Positions 26,260 through 37,768 of a stretch of DNA of 64,000 nt are shown in pieces. The stretch covers positions 7,115 through 71,114 of the forward strand of contig JBARQW010000100.1 in assembly GCA_049643905.1 (NCBI GenBank), given 5' to 3'. The stretch is from Candidatus Bipolaricaulia bacterium (GTDB lineage Bacteria > Bipolaricaulota > Bipolaricaulia > UBA7950 > UBA9294). Every line of letters begins with the position of its first letter. The first letter of the stretch is position 1. The notes under the pieces are model-generated. The model was not told the DNA's origin. It made no database searches and worked only from the letters and a program-made list of their open reading frames with translations. Both the position numbers and the translations under genes were made by a program.

Positions 26260-27318
26260 GTGGTTAAGGTTCTGTCGCTGTTCTCCGGGAGCCTGGCAAG
26301 TCGAGTGGCAACGCGCTTGACGGAGATACACCCGGAGGTCGAGAGTGTATGTCTTCTGCACTTCCGTTCTCCTTTTGCCAGGGAGCCAGAGGATCTCCGG
26401 CAACTTGTGAAGGATGAGTGGCCGGGGGTTCCTTTCCGAACACAGTCTCTGAAGAGGGAGTACGTGGGGGTGGTCGATCCGGCTTGCGGTGATTCGTTCA
26501 GTCTCTCTCGCAGTTGTGTGAATTGTCGCCGGCTTCTTATGACCAGAGCGCTCCGCTACATGGAACGAACCGGTTCGGACTTCCTGGTCACCGGCGAAAC
26601 GCTGGGACAGCACGGCGTCGGCGGAAGGGAGATGGCCGGAATGGCCGGCAGCCTTGGCTTGACGGACCGGATCCTTCGCCCGCTCTGCTCCAAAGGCCCA
26701 ATGGATGGCGCAAGCGATCTCGCGAGTTGGACCAAGCTCTCGAACGGCCGGAAGTCATACTGCATGGCTCCGGAGAGACTGCGAAAACTGGCCGAAGAAC
26801 TGGGAATGGAGTCTCGGGACCCGATGACGTCTCGAAATCGGTGCAAGCTGACGTTGCCGGGGTTCGGGGATCGTGTGGCGCACCTGTTCCACGAGAAGGG
26901 GTTCACGCTGAACGAGCTGCGGTTGCTCGATTTCCCCTTGTACTACGAAGTCCGGCCGGATGCGAAGGTCGTCGTCGCTGTTGATGAGCAGGAAAAGCGA
27001 GAGCTACAGAATCTCTTCCTTCCGCAGGACCTGCGAGTGTATCCGGCTGCTCCACACGGACCGATGACCCTTGTGAGAACGCGCTGGGATGCGAGACGCG
27101 AGCGAAGCAAGGACAACGTGATTAGACTGGCGGCGCGAATCACGGCGACGCACCTAGGTTGCGAGGGGGAGACGGCGACTCCGATCTACTACAGATTTGA
27201 GAACGAGAACGAGAGACTGCTCATGAATGTGGTGCCGTTCGCCTCCTGCGCAGAGATTGCGCTTGTCGACGGGATCGACGTTGTCCCACTGAATGATCGG
27301 GCGATATCGGTCGGTTGA
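26260..27318 (+). CDS. ThiI-like adenine-nucleotide alpha-hydrolase (PP-loop) family protein with degenerate PP-loop
   Basis: 'SGSLASRVA' (cf. ThiI SGGFDSPVA) and 'FLVTGETLGQHG' (cf. ThiI ILTGESLGQV); 'CVNCRR' Cys pair; unrelated C-terminal half. Confidence 0.5.
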   Translation: MVKVLSLFSGSLASRVATRLTEIHPEVESVCLLHFRSPFAREPEDLRQLVKDEWPGVPFRTQSLKREYVGVVDPACGDSFSLSRSCVNCRRLLMTRALRYMERTGSDFLVTGETLGQHGVGGREMAGMAGSLGLTDRILRPLCSKGPMDGASDLASWTKLSNGRKSYCMAPERLRKLAEELGMESRDPMTSRNRCKLTLPGFGDRVAHLFHEKGFTLNELRLLDFPLYYEVRPDAKVVVAVDEQEKRELQNLFLPQDLRVYPAAPHGPMTLVRTRWDARRERSKDNVIRLAARITATHLGCEGETATPIYYRFENENERLLMNVVPFASCAEIALVDGIDVVPLNDRAISVG

Positions 27319-27857
27319 AGCAGCTGGCGTTCGCAGTATACTAGTCGGTCGGTAAGATTGCTTGGAGCAAGCTAAGGAAGGGTCTACGACCGGATTCAGA
27401 CCCAATCCCTATCAGAGAGAGACAGGTGACGACCCCGAGTGAGGGTAGAAGGGGGTGGTGTGCTTTTGCATCGCCTCATCGTGAGGGTTTCGGGAAGCGG
27501 TACCGCGCGCTTCGCCGTAATGAGAACGGAAGCGAGGATCAGGACACTCGCCGCAGTGCGGCAGGCGCGGAACGGAGCGATTCCTCACGCGCTTCGGCGG
27601 GATCCATGAGGGAAGTGGGTTCTTTCCAACCGACTGACGCAGCAGGGAAGAGAGAGTCGCCAAGGGCGAAAGCAACAACGACCGCAGGGCGATGGAGGAC
27701 GGTGGAGACGAGGCTGCGACGATCACGAAAGCTCATCGATGCGAGGGTTAGAGCGTCCTGTTGGGTTCAGAGGAGTGTGAAGCGAGGCGGCCTGTTTTGG
27801 GCCTCTTGTGCGTCGGTTGATCAGGAGTTCTGTTGCTCCCAAGGCGAGGTGAGGTAA
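27315..27857 (+). promoter_or_regulatory. candidate promoter (TTGAAG-16-TATACT at 27315-27342) and about 515-nt 5' leader of rpoC
   Basis: No ORF with protein-like translation in 27319-27857. In-frame TAA immediately upstream of the rpoC GTG. GAGGTGAGGT SD. Confidence 0.4.
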
Positions 27858-30800
27858 GTGATTTCTGGCGATGACATCAAGAGCGTGAAGCTGCAGCTCG
27901 CGCCACCGTCTGTGATTCTCGGGTGGTCTCACGGAGAAGTTACCGAGTCCGAGACGATCAATTACCGAACGCACCGCGCGGAGCGAGGAGGACTGTACGC
28001 CGAGGAGATCTTCGGCCCGGCGAACGACTACGAGTGCGCATGCGGGAAGTACAAGGGGAAGAAGTACGAAGGCATCACGTGCGAAAAGTGCCACGTTCTT
28101 GTGACCGACTCGTCGGTGAGGCGCGTCAACATGGCGCACATCCAGCTGGCGAGCCCGGTCGTCCATTTCTGGTTCCTAAAGGGAGTTTCGAGCCTTCTCA
28201 GCCGGCTTCTCGGCCTGAAGAAGAGGGAGCTTCAGCGGATCGCCTACTACGAGACTGAGCCGATGGAGCAAGCGCTCTACATGGTGACCTCTTCCGAGTG
28301 CAAGGACGTGCGTCCGGGAGAGACTCTCTACGCTTCAGAAGTTGAGGTCCTCGGGAGCGCGTTCGCGTTTGAGGTCGAGCCTGCCTACTTCGTCGAGGCT
28401 GCTCCTCGGGTGCTCGCTGAGGAGGAAGGGCGCGCGACGATCGAGGATCGCCAGCTCACCAACGGAGAGAAGTTCCGGTCCGTCGTGATCGGGTCGCAGG
28501 AGTATCCGCTTGTCGGCGACGTCGACCTCCTCATTGAAGACGGGGATGACATCGCGGCGGGCGCTGTCATCGTGGAACGTCCCGTGGACGAGCTGTGCTC
28601 AAAGACGGCGTTCGAGATGCTCGTCGATCGCTACGGCCCGGCGGTCAAGGGAGAGGACCTTGATCGCGAGATCCTTGACAGTCTCGTCTTTATCGTGACC
28701 CGACTCAAGGATCCAGATGTGCCCCTCGAGATTGGGGATCGATTGACGAATCTCGAAATGCGAGCCTACGAGCGGATTTATCCGTCCGGGTTCATTGCAG
28801 CGACCGGGGCTGCCGGGATCAAGGGGCTCCTCGAAGTGCTCGACATGAATGAGCTCCACCGTGTTCTGACCGAGCAGCTACGACGAGAGACGGCCGTCGG
28901 GAACAAGCGGCGCATCGTGAGACGACTTGAAGTGGTCGATCAACTCATTTCCTCGGGGAATAACGCTCAGGACATGGTCCTCGATGTGATTCCTGTCCTG
29001 CCGCCGGATCTGCGTCCGATGATTCAGTTAGAGGGCGGGAAGTTTGCAACGACGGACCTCAACGACCTGTACCGTCGAATCATCAACCGGAACAACCGGC
29101 TGAAGAAGCTTATCGACATGGGGGCTCCGGAGGTCATTCTGCGGAACGAACGCCGGATGCTCCAGGAAGCGGTCGATGCACTGATCCACAACGAGAAGAA
29201 AGAGAGCCCGATCCGCGGCCGCGACAACCGCCCGCTCAAGTCTCTGTCAGAGCGAATCCACGGGAAGCACGGCCGTCTCCGTCGGAACCTTCTTGGGCGA
29301 CGTGTCGACTACTCAGGGCGAGCCGTGATCGTCGTCGACCCGAAACTTCGTCTTCATCAGTGCGGACTTCCGAAGAAGATGGCCCTCGAGCTGTTCAAGC
29401 CGTTCATCCTGCATTATCTCGAGACGACGACATTCTCCGACTTTGACGAGATCAAGAATCGAGCGCTGGTGGGCGAAATGCCGGAGGTGTGGGACATCCT
29501 CGACAAGCTGATCAAGGATCACCCCGTCCTGCTGAATCGTGCGCCGACGCTTCATCGGCTCTCGATGCAGGCGTTCGAACCTGTGCTCGTCGACGGCGAG
29601 GCGATCCACATCCATCCGCTCGTCTGTTCGCCGTACAACGCCGACTTCGATGGAGATCAGATGGCCGTACACCTTCCTCTCTCCCCGGAGGCAATCCGGG
29701 AGGCTCGCGAGCTGATGGCCGCCCCGCGGAACATCCTGTCTCCGGCGAGCGGAGAGCCGCTAAGCCTTCCATCGCAGGACCCGGTCTATGCGTACTACTA
29801 CCTGACGCTCGAGGAGACTGACGGGGCGGGAGCAGGGAAAGCGTTCCGCGACATCGACGAGGCGCGTCGTGCTTGCGAGGAGGGCGTCCTTGGCCTCCAC
29901 AGCCCTGTTCGGATTCGCGTTGACGGGAAGCTGATCGAGACAACTCTCGGTCGAGCGGAGCTGAATCTCGCCTTTCCCGAGGAGATTCGGGACTACGGCA
30001 ACGTCCTCGACCGTCGTGCGATCAAGCGACTGGTGATGCAGAGTTACCACAAGTTCGGCTGGGAAAGAACGGCCGTGGTCCTCGACAACCTGAAGGATCT
30101 CGGATTCAAATATGCGACGCAGGCCGGCCTCACGATCTCCTTGAAAGACTGCCTGATTCCGGAAGAGAAAGAGGAGATTATCCGAGAGTCGCTCGCCGCT
30201 GTGCAGCGGATCGAGACGATGTTCAGGATGGGGTTGGCAACGGAGGAAGAGCGTCAGAACGCCGTGATCCGGATCTGGCGTCGAACGGTCGACGATGTCG
30301 AGGATGTCACGATGCAGAATCTCCGGAGCCACAAATTCAACCCCGTCTACGGCATGGTGACGTCCGGGGCTCGTGGCGGCCCGGACCAGGTGAAGCAGCT
30401 GTGCGGCATGCGGGGTCCGATGGCCGGACCTTCGGGCGAGATCATCGAACGCCCCGTCATCTCGAATTTCCGCGAAGGGTTGGACATGTTGGAGTACTTC
30501 ATTTCCACCCACGGCGGACGAAAGGGAGCCGCCGACACGGCGCTCAAGACAGCCGACTCGGGATACCTCACGCGGAGACTCGTCGACGCCTCTTCGGACA
30601 CCATGATCCTCGAGGTCGACTGCGGAACGACGCAGGGCTCGGAGATCTCGCCTCTTCGATTCAGCAGGACCGAGGTCATGGAGTCGATCGAGGATCGGGT
30701 GTACGGTCGAGTGGCGGCGCAACCGATCGTCGATCCGGGAAGCGGAGAGATTCTCGTCGAGGCGAATCAGTGGATCACGCGCGAGATCGCTTCGCATCTC

Positions 30801-32855
30801 AGCCAGCTGGAGTGTGAGCTTCCTCTCAAGAGTCCGGCTCAGCGCGAGCGCCTGATCGGCACGAAGAGCATCGAGGACGTCGCGGATCCGAAGTCGGGAC
30901 GCGTTCTGGTCAAGGCGGACGAAACGATCGCACCTCTGCTCTTGGATGCGCTCAAGGCGGCCAAGATCACGACGGTTCGTGTTCGCCCCAGGATCATCAT
31001 CCGCTCCGCCATGTTGTGCGAGACGGTTGGCGGGATCTGCCAGTTCTGCTATGGCTTCGACATGAGCAACCACCAACCGGTCCAGCTGGGAACGGCCGTT
31101 GGCGTGATCGCCGCTCAGTCGATTGGAGAGCCAGGGACCCAGCTGACGATGCGAACCTTTCACACCGGTGGCGTCGCCGGCGAAGACATCACGCAGGGTC
31201 TCCCGCGCGCCGAAGAGCTGTTCGAGGCTCGGAAGACGACGAAGGGCGGCGAGGCTGGGATCTCTCCTCTCGATGGTTACGTGACAGACATCTCCTCGAC
31301 CGCGACAGCTGGAGACCGCGTCGAGATCACCGGCGAGTCGAGGACTGCAATCCTGCCCGCCGCACTTGTTCGTGACGAGGTGGTCGAGGGTGAGGAGATC
31401 GACGTCGAAACCCTGATCGATCGGAGCAGCCCATGTGCAGGTGAGGTATACGTTATCGAATCGGACGGGCGAAGAGACATGCTTCTCCTCGACACGACGT
31501 CGGGGGATCGATCGTATGCCATCCCTGCGAACGCGGCGCCGGCGGTAAAGACGGGCAAGAAGATCTCGACTGGCGACGCGCTGTCGAACCGGTTCAACAT
31601 TGAGCCGATGGTTGCCGAGCATCGTGGGATAGTTCAGATCTCGGAAGAGGACGAGCGTCTATTCCAGCTTGTCGGGGACGACGGGAGTTTCATCGAGCAT
31701 CGCATACCGTTCGGCGCCAGGTTGATGGTTGAGTCAGGCGACAAGGTCTCCGCCGGGACGCAGCTCACATCTCGCTCGAAGCCGATCTTCGTGGCAGCCG
31801 AGAACGATGGAAGAGCGGAAGTGCTGGACGACTACGTTCTCGTCTACAACCCCGACGGAGGGGGTCTGCGGATTCCTCTGACCTCCGATGTAAGTTTCAT
31901 TGGCGACCACGGTGGCACCGTCAAGTCGGGAGAACGACTTGTTCAGCTTGAGATTTCGCATACTGGTACCGTGATCGTCGAGTCGATCGAGACGAAGGAC
32001 GAGGTCACCGTCGTGAAACTGAGGCCGAAGAGCAGTGTCAAGATCGACAAGGCCGTGACGGTCCGGGTGGGCGAGAAACTGGAGAAGGGCGATCCACTGA
32101 CCAAGGGCGCCGTTGCGCCACTCACCCTGCTCGACGAGGCGGGGGTACACAAGACGAGAGAGTACTTCCTGAACGAGATCCACAAGGTCTACAAGCAGCA
32201 GGGCGTGGACATCAACGACAAGCACCTCGAGGTGATCATCCGTCAGATCCTGAACAACGTACGGGTCGTCGACCGGGGTGATTCCCGTTTCCTCCTCGGC
32301 GATCTTGTGCCGTTGGAGGAGTTCCGGCACGAAGTGAGAAGGCTTGCCGAGGAGAATGAAGAGGTGGAACGAGCTCGCAGAGAGGCAATTGGGGTCAAGG
32401 TGGCGGAGGACGTCGTGGCAGCAGGTCATCTACTTGCATCCGCCGGGGAGTTGCTGACGGAAGAAGTGATCGCCGGGGCGCGCAAGATGGGACTCGCGAG
32501 CGTACGCATTCAGCATGGGGACGACTCGGAGGAGCTTCTTCTCGTTGAGAAGCTCCTACCGGACGGGGAGCGCGAGCTTCTACGGATCTCCAAAGCGGCT
32601 TTGCAGACGAAGGGCTGGTTGTCCGCTGCCTCCTTCCAGCGAACGACCAAGGTCCTCGCTGAGGCCGCTCTGCGCGGCGAGGTAGATGAGCTCGGTGGTC
32701 TGAAGCCGAGCATCATCGTCGGCAAGAGAATTCCCGCGGGAACGGGCTTCTCCGTTCCTGGAGGCCTCGAAGGAGTTGAGGATGATCTCGATGCGGTCGA
32801 GGGTGTCGATCTGGTCGGACGCGTCCCGATCGAAGAGACCGTTGAGGCGAGTTGA
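27858..32855 (+). CDS. rpoC: DNA-directed RNA polymerase subunit beta-prime, 1665 aa with large lineage-specific insertions
   Basis: N-terminal Zn finger '[21 protein letters not shown]', 'NADFDGDQM' catalytic loop, trigger-loop '[11 protein letters not shown]'. There is an insert of about 200 aa after the Zn finger and about 300 aa after 'LFEAR'. GTG start. Confidence 0.9.
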   Translation: MISGDDIKSVKLQLAPPSVILGWSHGEVTESETINYRTHRAERGGLYAEEIFGPANDYECACGKYKGKKYEGITCEKCHVLVTDSSVRRVNMAHIQLASPVVHFWFLKGVSSLLSRLLGLKKRELQRIAYYETEPMEQALYMVTSSECKDVRPGETLYASEVEVLGSAFAFEVEPAYFVEAAPRVLAEEEGRATIEDRQLTNGEKFRSVVIGSQEYPLVGDVDLLIEDGDDIAAGAVIVERPVDELCSKTAFEMLVDRYGPAVKGEDLDREILDSLVFIVTRLKDPDVPLEIGDRLTNLEMRAYERIYPSGFIAATGAAGIKGLLEVLDMNELHRVLTEQLRRETAVGNKRRIVRRLEVVDQLISSGNNAQDMVLDVIPVLPPDLRPMIQLEGGKFATTDLNDLYRRIINRNNRLKKLIDMGAPEVILRNERRMLQEAVDALIHNEKKESPIRGRDNRPLKSLSERIHGKHGRLRRNLLGRRVDYSGRAVIVVDPKLRLHQCGLPKKMALELFKPFILHYLETTTFSDFDEIKNRALVGEMPEVWDILDKLIKDHPVLLNRAPTLHRLSMQAFEPVLVDGEAIHIHPLVCSPYNADFDGDQMAVHLPLSPEAIREARELMAAPRNILSPASGEPLSLPSQDPVYAYYYLTLEETDGAGAGKAFRDIDEARRACEEGVLGLHSPVRIRVDGKLIETTLGRAELNLAFPEEIRDYGNVLDRRAIKRLVMQSYHKFGWERTAVVLDNLKDLGFKYATQAGLTISLKDCLIPEEKEEIIRESLAAVQRIETMFRMGLATEEERQNAVIRIWRRTVDDVEDVTMQNLRSHKFNPVYGMVTSGARGGPDQVKQLCGMRGPMAGPSGEIIERPVISNFREGLDMLEYFISTHGGRKGAADTALKTADSGYLTRRLVDASSDTMILEVDCGTTQGSEISPLRFSRTEVMESIEDRVYGRVAAQPIVDPGSGEILVEANQWITREIASHLSQLECELPLKSPAQRERLIGTKSIEDVADPKSGRVLVKADETIAPLLLDALKAAKITTVRVRPRIIIRSAMLCETVGGICQFCYGFDMSNHQPVQLGTAVGVIAAQSIGEPGTQLTMRTFHTGGVAGEDITQGLPRAEELFEARKTTKGGEAGISPLDGYVTDISSTATAGDRVEITGESRTAILPAALVRDEVVEGEEIDVETLIDRSSPCAGEVYVIESDGRRDMLLLDTTSGDRSYAIPANAAPAVKTGKKISTGDALSNRFNIEPMVAEHRGIVQISEEDERLFQLVGDDGSFIEHRIPFGARLMVESGDKVSAGTQLTSRSKPIFVAAENDGRAEVLDDYVLVYNPDGGGLRIPLTSDVSFIGDHGGTVKSGERLVQLEISHTGTVIVESIETKDEVTVVKLRPKSSVKIDKAVTVRVGEKLEKGDPLTKGAVAPLTLLDEAGVHKTREYFLNEIHKVYKQQGVDINDKHLEVIIRQILNNVRVVDRGDSRFLLGDLVPLEEFRHEVRRLAEENEEVERARREAIGVKVAEDVVAAGHLLASAGELLTEEVIAGARKMGLASVRIQHGDDSEELLLVEKLLPDGERELLRISKAALQTKGWLSAASFQRTTKVLAEAALRGEVDELGGLKPSIIVGKRIPAGTGFSVPGGLEGVEDDLDAVEGVDLVGRVPIEETVEAS

Positions 32856-32880
32856 AGGCGAGAGAAGCGGTATCTATAAT
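32852..32880 (+). promoter_or_regulatory. near-consensus sigma-70 promoter for rpsL, -35 overlapping the rpoC stop codon
   Basis: TTGAAG-17-TATAAT; GGGGAG SD 5 nt before ATG 32905. Confidence 0.6.
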
Positions 32881-32904
32881 CGGCCGCGATTCTGGGGAGA
32901 CAAG

Positions 32905-33270
32905 ATGCCAACGATCAACCAGTTGATCCGTCTAGGACGGAAAGCGAAGAAGAAGAAGAGAAAGGCGCCGCAGCTCGACTCCTGTCCGCAGCGTCGCGGT
33001 GTCTGCACTCGGGTATACACTCGGACTCCGAAGAAGCCGAATTCCGCGCTTCGGAAGGTAGCGCGCGTCAGGCTGAGCAACGGGAAAGAAGTGACCGCCT
33101 ACATCGGAGGCGAGGGGCACAGCCTGCAGGAGCACTCGATGGTCTTGGTGCGAGGAGGACGTGTCAAGGACCTGCCAGGCGTCCGCTACCACATCGTGCG
33201 TGGGACACTCGACGCTGAAGGCGTGGAAGGGCGGCGGCAGGGACGTTCGAAGTACGGGGCGAAGAAGTAG
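32905..33270 (+). CDS. rpsL: 30S ribosomal protein S12
   Basis: 'MPTINQLIR...[30 protein letters not shown]'. Confidence 0.95.
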   Translation: MPTINQLIRLGRKAKKKKRKAPQLDSCPQRRGVCTRVYTRTPKKPNSALRKVARVRLSNGKEVTAYIGGEGHSLQEHSMVLVRGGRVKDLPGVRYHIVRGTLDAEGVEGRRQGRSKYGAKK

Positions 33271-33282
33271 GCGAGGAGACAG

Positions 33283-33741
33283 ATGAAGATACCGGGCCGA
33301 GACGTGAGTCCCGACATTCGCCACAGCAGCAAGCTGCTGGCGAAGCTGGTGAACTACGTAATGCTCGATGGGAAGAAGGCGATCGCAGAGCGGATCGTCT
33401 ACGGGGCTCTCGAGCAGATTGACGAGCGGAGCGAGACACCAGCTCTCGAAACGTTCAACGAGGCGATCGGCAACTGCTCTCCTCGACTCGAGGTTCGCAC
33501 GCGCCGCGTCGGTGGCGCGAACTACCAAGTGCCTTACGAGGTTCCGCCTGACCGACAGATTGCTCTTGCCCTGCGATGGATCGTTACTGCGTCGCGTGCC
33601 CGTGGCGAGCACACCATGGCGCTGAGACTGGCGGGGGAAATCCTCGATGCCGCCAAGAGAGAGGGCAAGGCCTACAACAAGAGGATCGATTCTCACCGCA
33701 TGGCGGAGGCGAACAAAGCGTTCGCTCACTACCGCTGGTAG
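33283..33741 (+). CDS. rpsG: 30S ribosomal protein S7
   Basis: 'LVNYVMLDGKK', 'NYQVPYEV', C-terminal 'AFAHYRW'. Confidence 0.95.
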   Translation: MKIPGRDVSPDIRHSSKLLAKLVNYVMLDGKKAIAERIVYGALEQIDERSETPALETFNEAIGNCSPRLEVRTRRVGGANYQVPYEVPPDRQIALALRWIVTASRARGEHTMALRLAGEILDAAKREGKAYNKRIDSHRMAEANKAFAHYRW

Positions 33742-33805
33742 TCCGTCTTATCTTCCAGGTTCTCGTCTGCTCGCGTTTCCCTAGAGCCGCAGAAGCGAGG
33801 AGCCC

Positions 33806-35881
33806 ATGGCTACGTCTGATCCGGTGAATCTGCAGCGCGTGCGCAACATCGGAATCATGGCGCACATCGATGCCGGGAAGACGACGACGACGGAGCGGAT
33901 TCTCTTCTACACCGGTCAGATCCACAGAATGGGCGAAGTCCATGACGGCGACACCGAGATGGACTGGATGACCCAGGAACGCGAACGTGGGATCACCATC
34001 ACGTCGGCGGCGACCAGTTGTGACTGGTCGGATCACGCCATCAACATCATCGACACACCCGGCCACGTCGACTTCACCGCGGAGGTCGAGCGCTCTCTTC
34101 GTATCCTCGATGGGGGAATCGTGATCTTCTCCGGGGTGGAAATGGTCGAGTCGCAATCGGAGACCGTCTGGCGTCAGGCCGACCGGTACCGGATCCCCCG
34201 GATCGCCTTCGTCAACAAACTCGACCGTGCAGAGTCGGGCTTCGAGGAGACCGTGGCAATGATTGAGGAGCGGCTCGGCGCTCGCGCCGTACCACTCTGC
34301 ATCCCGCACAGGAATGACGACAGGTGCCTCCTTGGTCTGGTCAACCTGGTAGAGCGCGAGTACCTCACTTGGGACTGCGAGTCGCTGGGCGCCGTGATCG
34401 AGAGGAGCGCCATTCCACCGGAACTCCTGGACAGCGCCGAAAGTCATCGGGAACTGGCAATTGAGCGGATCGCTGAGGTTGACGATGACGTGATGGAGCG
34501 ATTCGTTCACGGGCAGGAGGTCGGACCGCGTCTCTTCCACGATGGACTGCGTCGCGGGTGCGTGGCGGGTGAGCTGGTACCGGTTCTCGGAGGTTCGGCG
34601 TTTCAGAACGTCGGAGTGCAGCCGCTGCTCGACGCAGTCGTTCGGTACCTCCCTTCCCCGCTTGACGTTCCGCCGATCCGAGGGGTTGACGGTGACAAAG
34701 TGAGGAGAGCCGATCCGGAGGAGCCTTTCTCCGCGCTTGCATTCAAGGTCGCAGGAGATCGCTATGCCGGGCGCCTCGTTTTCGTGCGTGTCTACTCGGG
34801 GTCGCTGGAGGCAGGCGGACACGTCCTCAACGCGTCGGTGGACAAGGGTTTGAGAGTGACGAAGATCTTCCGGATGCACGCGAATCGACGCGAGCCGCTC
34901 GAGCGGACACAAGCCGGGGACATCGTGGCGATCGTCGGGTCCCAAGAGATCTCCACAGGCGACACGCTCTGCGACAAGTCCGACCCGATCCTGTTGGAGA
35001 AGATCGAGTTTCCTGAGCCGGTTGTCTTCGTGGCCGTCGAGCCTCGCTCCGAGGCGGAGTTCGGAGAGCTTCTCGAGGGGTTGCGCAAGCTGGCGCAAGA
35101 GGACCCGACATTCCGGATCCAAACGGACGAGACCACGAATCAGACGATCCTCGGAGGAATGGGAGAGCTCCATCTTGAGGTTCTTGTTCGGCGACTTCGT
35201 GAGGAGTTCGGGATGCACGCGCACGTCGGCCAGCCTCAGGTTGCGTATCAGGAAACCCTGTGCGAGTCGCTGGATGTGGAGGAGAGGTTCGTCAAACAGG
35301 TCAGCGGGCGCGGGCAATACGGGCACGTCGTCATCCGACTGGAGCCACTGCCGAGGGGAAGCGGGTTTCAGTTCGATTGCACTGCGAAGGACGACGAGGT
35401 TCCGAAACAGTACCGAAGTGCGGTAGAGAGCACGCTTCGAGGGACATTGACAAACGGTCCGTTGGCCGGTTATCCTCTCGCCGATATCGGAGCCACCGTG
35501 ATCGGTGGATCCTTTCACCCAGTAGACTCGTCGGAGCTTGCGTTTCGTGCGGCGTCGTCAGCGGCGTTGCACAAAGCGTACGCCCGGGCGGTGTTTGGCC
35601 TTCTGGAGCCGATCATGGAGGGCGAGGTGATAACGCCGGCAGAGTATCTGGGTGAGGTGATGGAGGACCTGGCTCGCAGGCGCGGGGAGATCAGCGAACT
35701 CCAGTCACGAGAGACGGTTCAGATTCTCTCGGTTGCGGTGCCGTTGGCTGAGACGTTCGGGTACGCCACGCGGCTGCGTTCTCTAACGCAGGGGAGGGCT
35801 ACGTACTCCTTGCGTGTGGTTCGGTACGACAGGGTCCCGGAGGGACTGCAGGAAAAGATTATCAAGAGTAGAGGGTACTAA
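33806..35881 (+). CDS. fusA: elongation factor G
   Basis: 'IRNIGIMAHIDAGKTTTTERIL', 'DTPGHVDF', 691 aa; rpsJ follows directly (no tuf). Confidence 0.95.
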   Translation: MATSDPVNLQRVRNIGIMAHIDAGKTTTTERILFYTGQIHRMGEVHDGDTEMDWMTQERERGITITSAATSCDWSDHAINIIDTPGHVDFTAEVERSLRILDGGIVIFSGVEMVESQSETVWRQADRYRIPRIAFVNKLDRAESGFEETVAMIEERLGARAVPLCIPHRNDDRCLLGLVNLVEREYLTWDCESLGAVIERSAIPPELLDSAESHRELAIERIAEVDDDVMERFVHGQEVGPRLFHDGLRRGCVAGELVPVLGGSAFQNVGVQPLLDAVVRYLPSPLDVPPIRGVDGDKVRRADPEEPFSALAFKVAGDRYAGRLVFVRVYSGSLEAGGHVLNASVDKGLRVTKIFRMHANRREPLERTQAGDIVAIVGSQEISTGDTLCDKSDPILLEKIEFPEPVVFVAVEPRSEAEFGELLEGLRKLAQEDPTFRIQTDETTNQTILGGMGELHLEVLVRRLREEFGMHAHVGQPQVAYQETLCESLDVEERFVKQVSGRGQYGHVVIRLEPLPRGSGFQFDCTAKDDEVPKQYRSAVESTLRGTLTNGPLAGYPLADIGATVIGGSFHPVDSSELAFRAASSAALHKAYARAVFGLLEPIMEGEVITPAEYLGEVMEDLARRRGEISELQSRETVQILSVAVPLAETFGYATRLRSLTQGRATYSLRVVRYDRVPEGLQEKIIKSRGY

Positions 35882-35884
35882 ACG

Positions 35885-36193
35885 ATGGCAAGGGAAAAGA
35901 TACGGATCAAGCTGCGTGGGTACGATCACGAGCTCGTCGACAGTTCGATTCGGAAGATTGTGGATTCGGCCAAGGAGTCTCGAGCGAAGATCTCCGGACC
36001 GATTCCGCTTCCGACCGAGCGGCGGATCTACACGGTTCTCCGCTCACCGCACATCGACAAGCGTTCGATGGAGCATTTCGAGCGGCGGATTCACACGCGC
36101 CTATTGGACATCAAAGAGCCGACCTCGGAAACGATCAACGCTCTGATGGACATCGAGCTCCCGACCGGGATCGACATCGAAATCAAGCTGTAG
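35885..36193 (+). CDS. rpsJ: 30S ribosomal protein S10
   Basis: 'IRIKLRGYDHELVD...SGPIPLPT..YTVLRSPH'. Confidence 0.95.
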   Translation: MAREKIRIKLRGYDHELVDSSIRKIVDSAKESRAKISGPIPLPTERRIYTVLRSPHIDKRSMEHFERRIHTRLLDIKEPTSETINALMDIELPTGIDIEIKL

Positions 36194-36213
36194 CAAACGG
36201 AGGTTGGCGAACG

Positions 36214-36831
36214 ATGGCTCGAGGGCTCTTGGCGCAGAAGATCGGCATGACGCAGGTGTTCGTCGACGATCGTGCTGTGGGCGCTACGATCATTGAGGCG
36301 AAGCCTTGTACGGTCGTCCGGATCCTGACGGAAGAGGCAGACGGCTACGCCGCGCTGCAACTGGGATACAGTGAGGTGGCCGAGTCGAAGGTGACGAGAC
36401 CACAGGCCGGGCAGTACAAGAAGGCCGGTGTCCCGGCGCACAGGCGCCTGTTTGAGCTCCGCGTGGACAACCCCGAAGAGCACAGCGTGGGAGACGTGCT
36501 CGGTGTGGAGTTCTTCGCAGAGGGGGACAAGGTCAGCGTGTCCGGTGTCTCACGAGGATTGGGATTCCAGGGTGTCGTCAAGCGCTGGAACTTCGCTGGC
36601 GGACCGGCGTCTCACGGATCGCACTTCCATCGTCGGCCGGGATCGGTCGGCGCATGCGTGAAACCGGGACGCGTCATGAAGGGAAAGAAGCTTCCCGGAC
36701 ACATGGGCGCGCGCCGGGTGACGGTCAAAGGGCTGCAGGTCCTGCGAGTCGACCCGGAGAGGAATCTGCTGATCCTCAAGGGGGCGACCCCAGGGACGCG
36801 CGGCACGATTCTTGAGGTCGGCAAGCGATGA
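36214..36831 (+). CDS. rplC: 50S ribosomal protein L3
   Basis: 'GLLAQKIGMTQVF', 'KRWNFAGGPASHGS'. Confidence 0.95.
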   Translation: MARGLLAQKIGMTQVFVDDRAVGATIIEAKPCTVVRILTEEADGYAALQLGYSEVAESKVTRPQAGQYKKAGVPAHRRLFELRVDNPEEHSVGDVLGVEFFAEGDKVSVSGVSRGLGFQGVVKRWNFAGGPASHGSHFHRRPGSVGACVKPGRVMKGKKLPGHMGARRVTVKGLQVLRVDPERNLLILKGATPGTRGTILEVGKR

Positions 36832-37460
36832 CGGCCGAAGCGAAGGTCTTCACATTCGACGGATCGGCTGAACCGGACGTTGCCGTCTTGGATGACCGCC
36901 TGTTCGGAGCCGAAGTGAATGCCGACCTTCTTCACCGCACGGTGAGAATGCAGTTGGCGAATCGTCGACAGGGAACGCACTCGACGAAGACGCGGGGCGA
37001 GGTAAGCGGCGGCGGCAGGAAGCCGTGGCGCCAGAAGGGGACCGGCCGTGCGAGGGCCGGCTCGAGGAGAAGCCCGATTTGGGTAGGTGGAGGGACGACC
37101 TTCGGCCCGAAACCGCGCTCGTACGCGACGAAGCTGACTCGGAAGATGCGCCAGGGTGCCCTTCGATCAGCGCTCTCTGATCGAGCCTCCGACGGAAACG
37201 TCGTTCTCATCGATCGGATCCCGTTCGACAGACCCAAGACAAAGAGCGCTGTTGAGCTGCTTGAGCGCCTCGGGCTCTCCGAGAGCACGCTGGTTGTTGT
37301 TGCCACGTCGGAGTATGGGCGCGCGACGCAGAGATCTTTCAGGAACCTTCCTCGGGCAAAGTGCATCGCATGCGCCGGGATCAATGTTTACGACATCCTT
37401 CGCCACGAGCACCTCGCTTTGACGATCGGTGCGGTCGAAGAGCTAGAGGGGCGGTTGTAG
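36828..37460 (+). CDS. rplD: 50S ribosomal protein L4
   Basis: '[15 protein letters not shown]'; ATGA overlap with rplC. Confidence 0.95.
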   Translation: MTAEAKVFTFDGSAEPDVAVLDDRLFGAEVNADLLHRTVRMQLANRRQGTHSTKTRGEVSGGGRKPWRQKGTGRARAGSRRSPIWVGGGTTFGPKPRSYATKLTRKMRQGALRSALSDRASDGNVVLIDRIPFDRPKTKSAVELLERLGLSESTLVVVATSEYGRATQRSFRNLPRAKCIACAGINVYDILRHEHLALTIGAVEELEGRL

Positions 37461-37462
37461 AG

Positions 37463-37762
37463 ATGGCACGCCTGAGGCACGCCGAAGACATCGTCATCTC
37501 GCCGATTCTTACCGAGAACACGTGGCAGCAGATGGAGGATCGGAAGTACGCATTCCGCGTGGCGCTCGGGGCGAACAAGATCGAGATACGGAAGGCTGTT
37601 GAGGAGTTGTTTAAGGTCAAGGTGGAGAAAGTCTGGACGGCGAACCGAAGTGGCAAGCCGCGTCGGGAGCGCTTGAGTCAACTGCACGGGCGCACGGCGC
37701 GCTGGCGAAAAGCGATTGTGCGACTCGCTCCGGGTGACCGGATCGAGATCATGGGAGGCTAA
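37463..37762 (+). CDS. rplW: 50S ribosomal protein L23
   Basis: 'MARLRHAEDIVISPILTE...YAFRVAL..KIEIRKAVEELFKVKV'. Confidence 0.9.
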   Translation: MARLRHAEDIVISPILTENTWQQMEDRKYAFRVALGANKIEIRKAVEELFKVKVEKVWTANRSGKPRRERLSQLHGRTARWRKAIVRLAPGDRIEIMGG

Positions 37763-37768
37763 CCGAAG

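Noticed and set aside
27858-32855. A fused rpoB-rpoC gene, to explain the 1665-aa length
   Set aside because: The N-terminus is already the beta-prime Zn finger and no beta-subunit motifs are present. The extra length comes from two beta-prime insertions.
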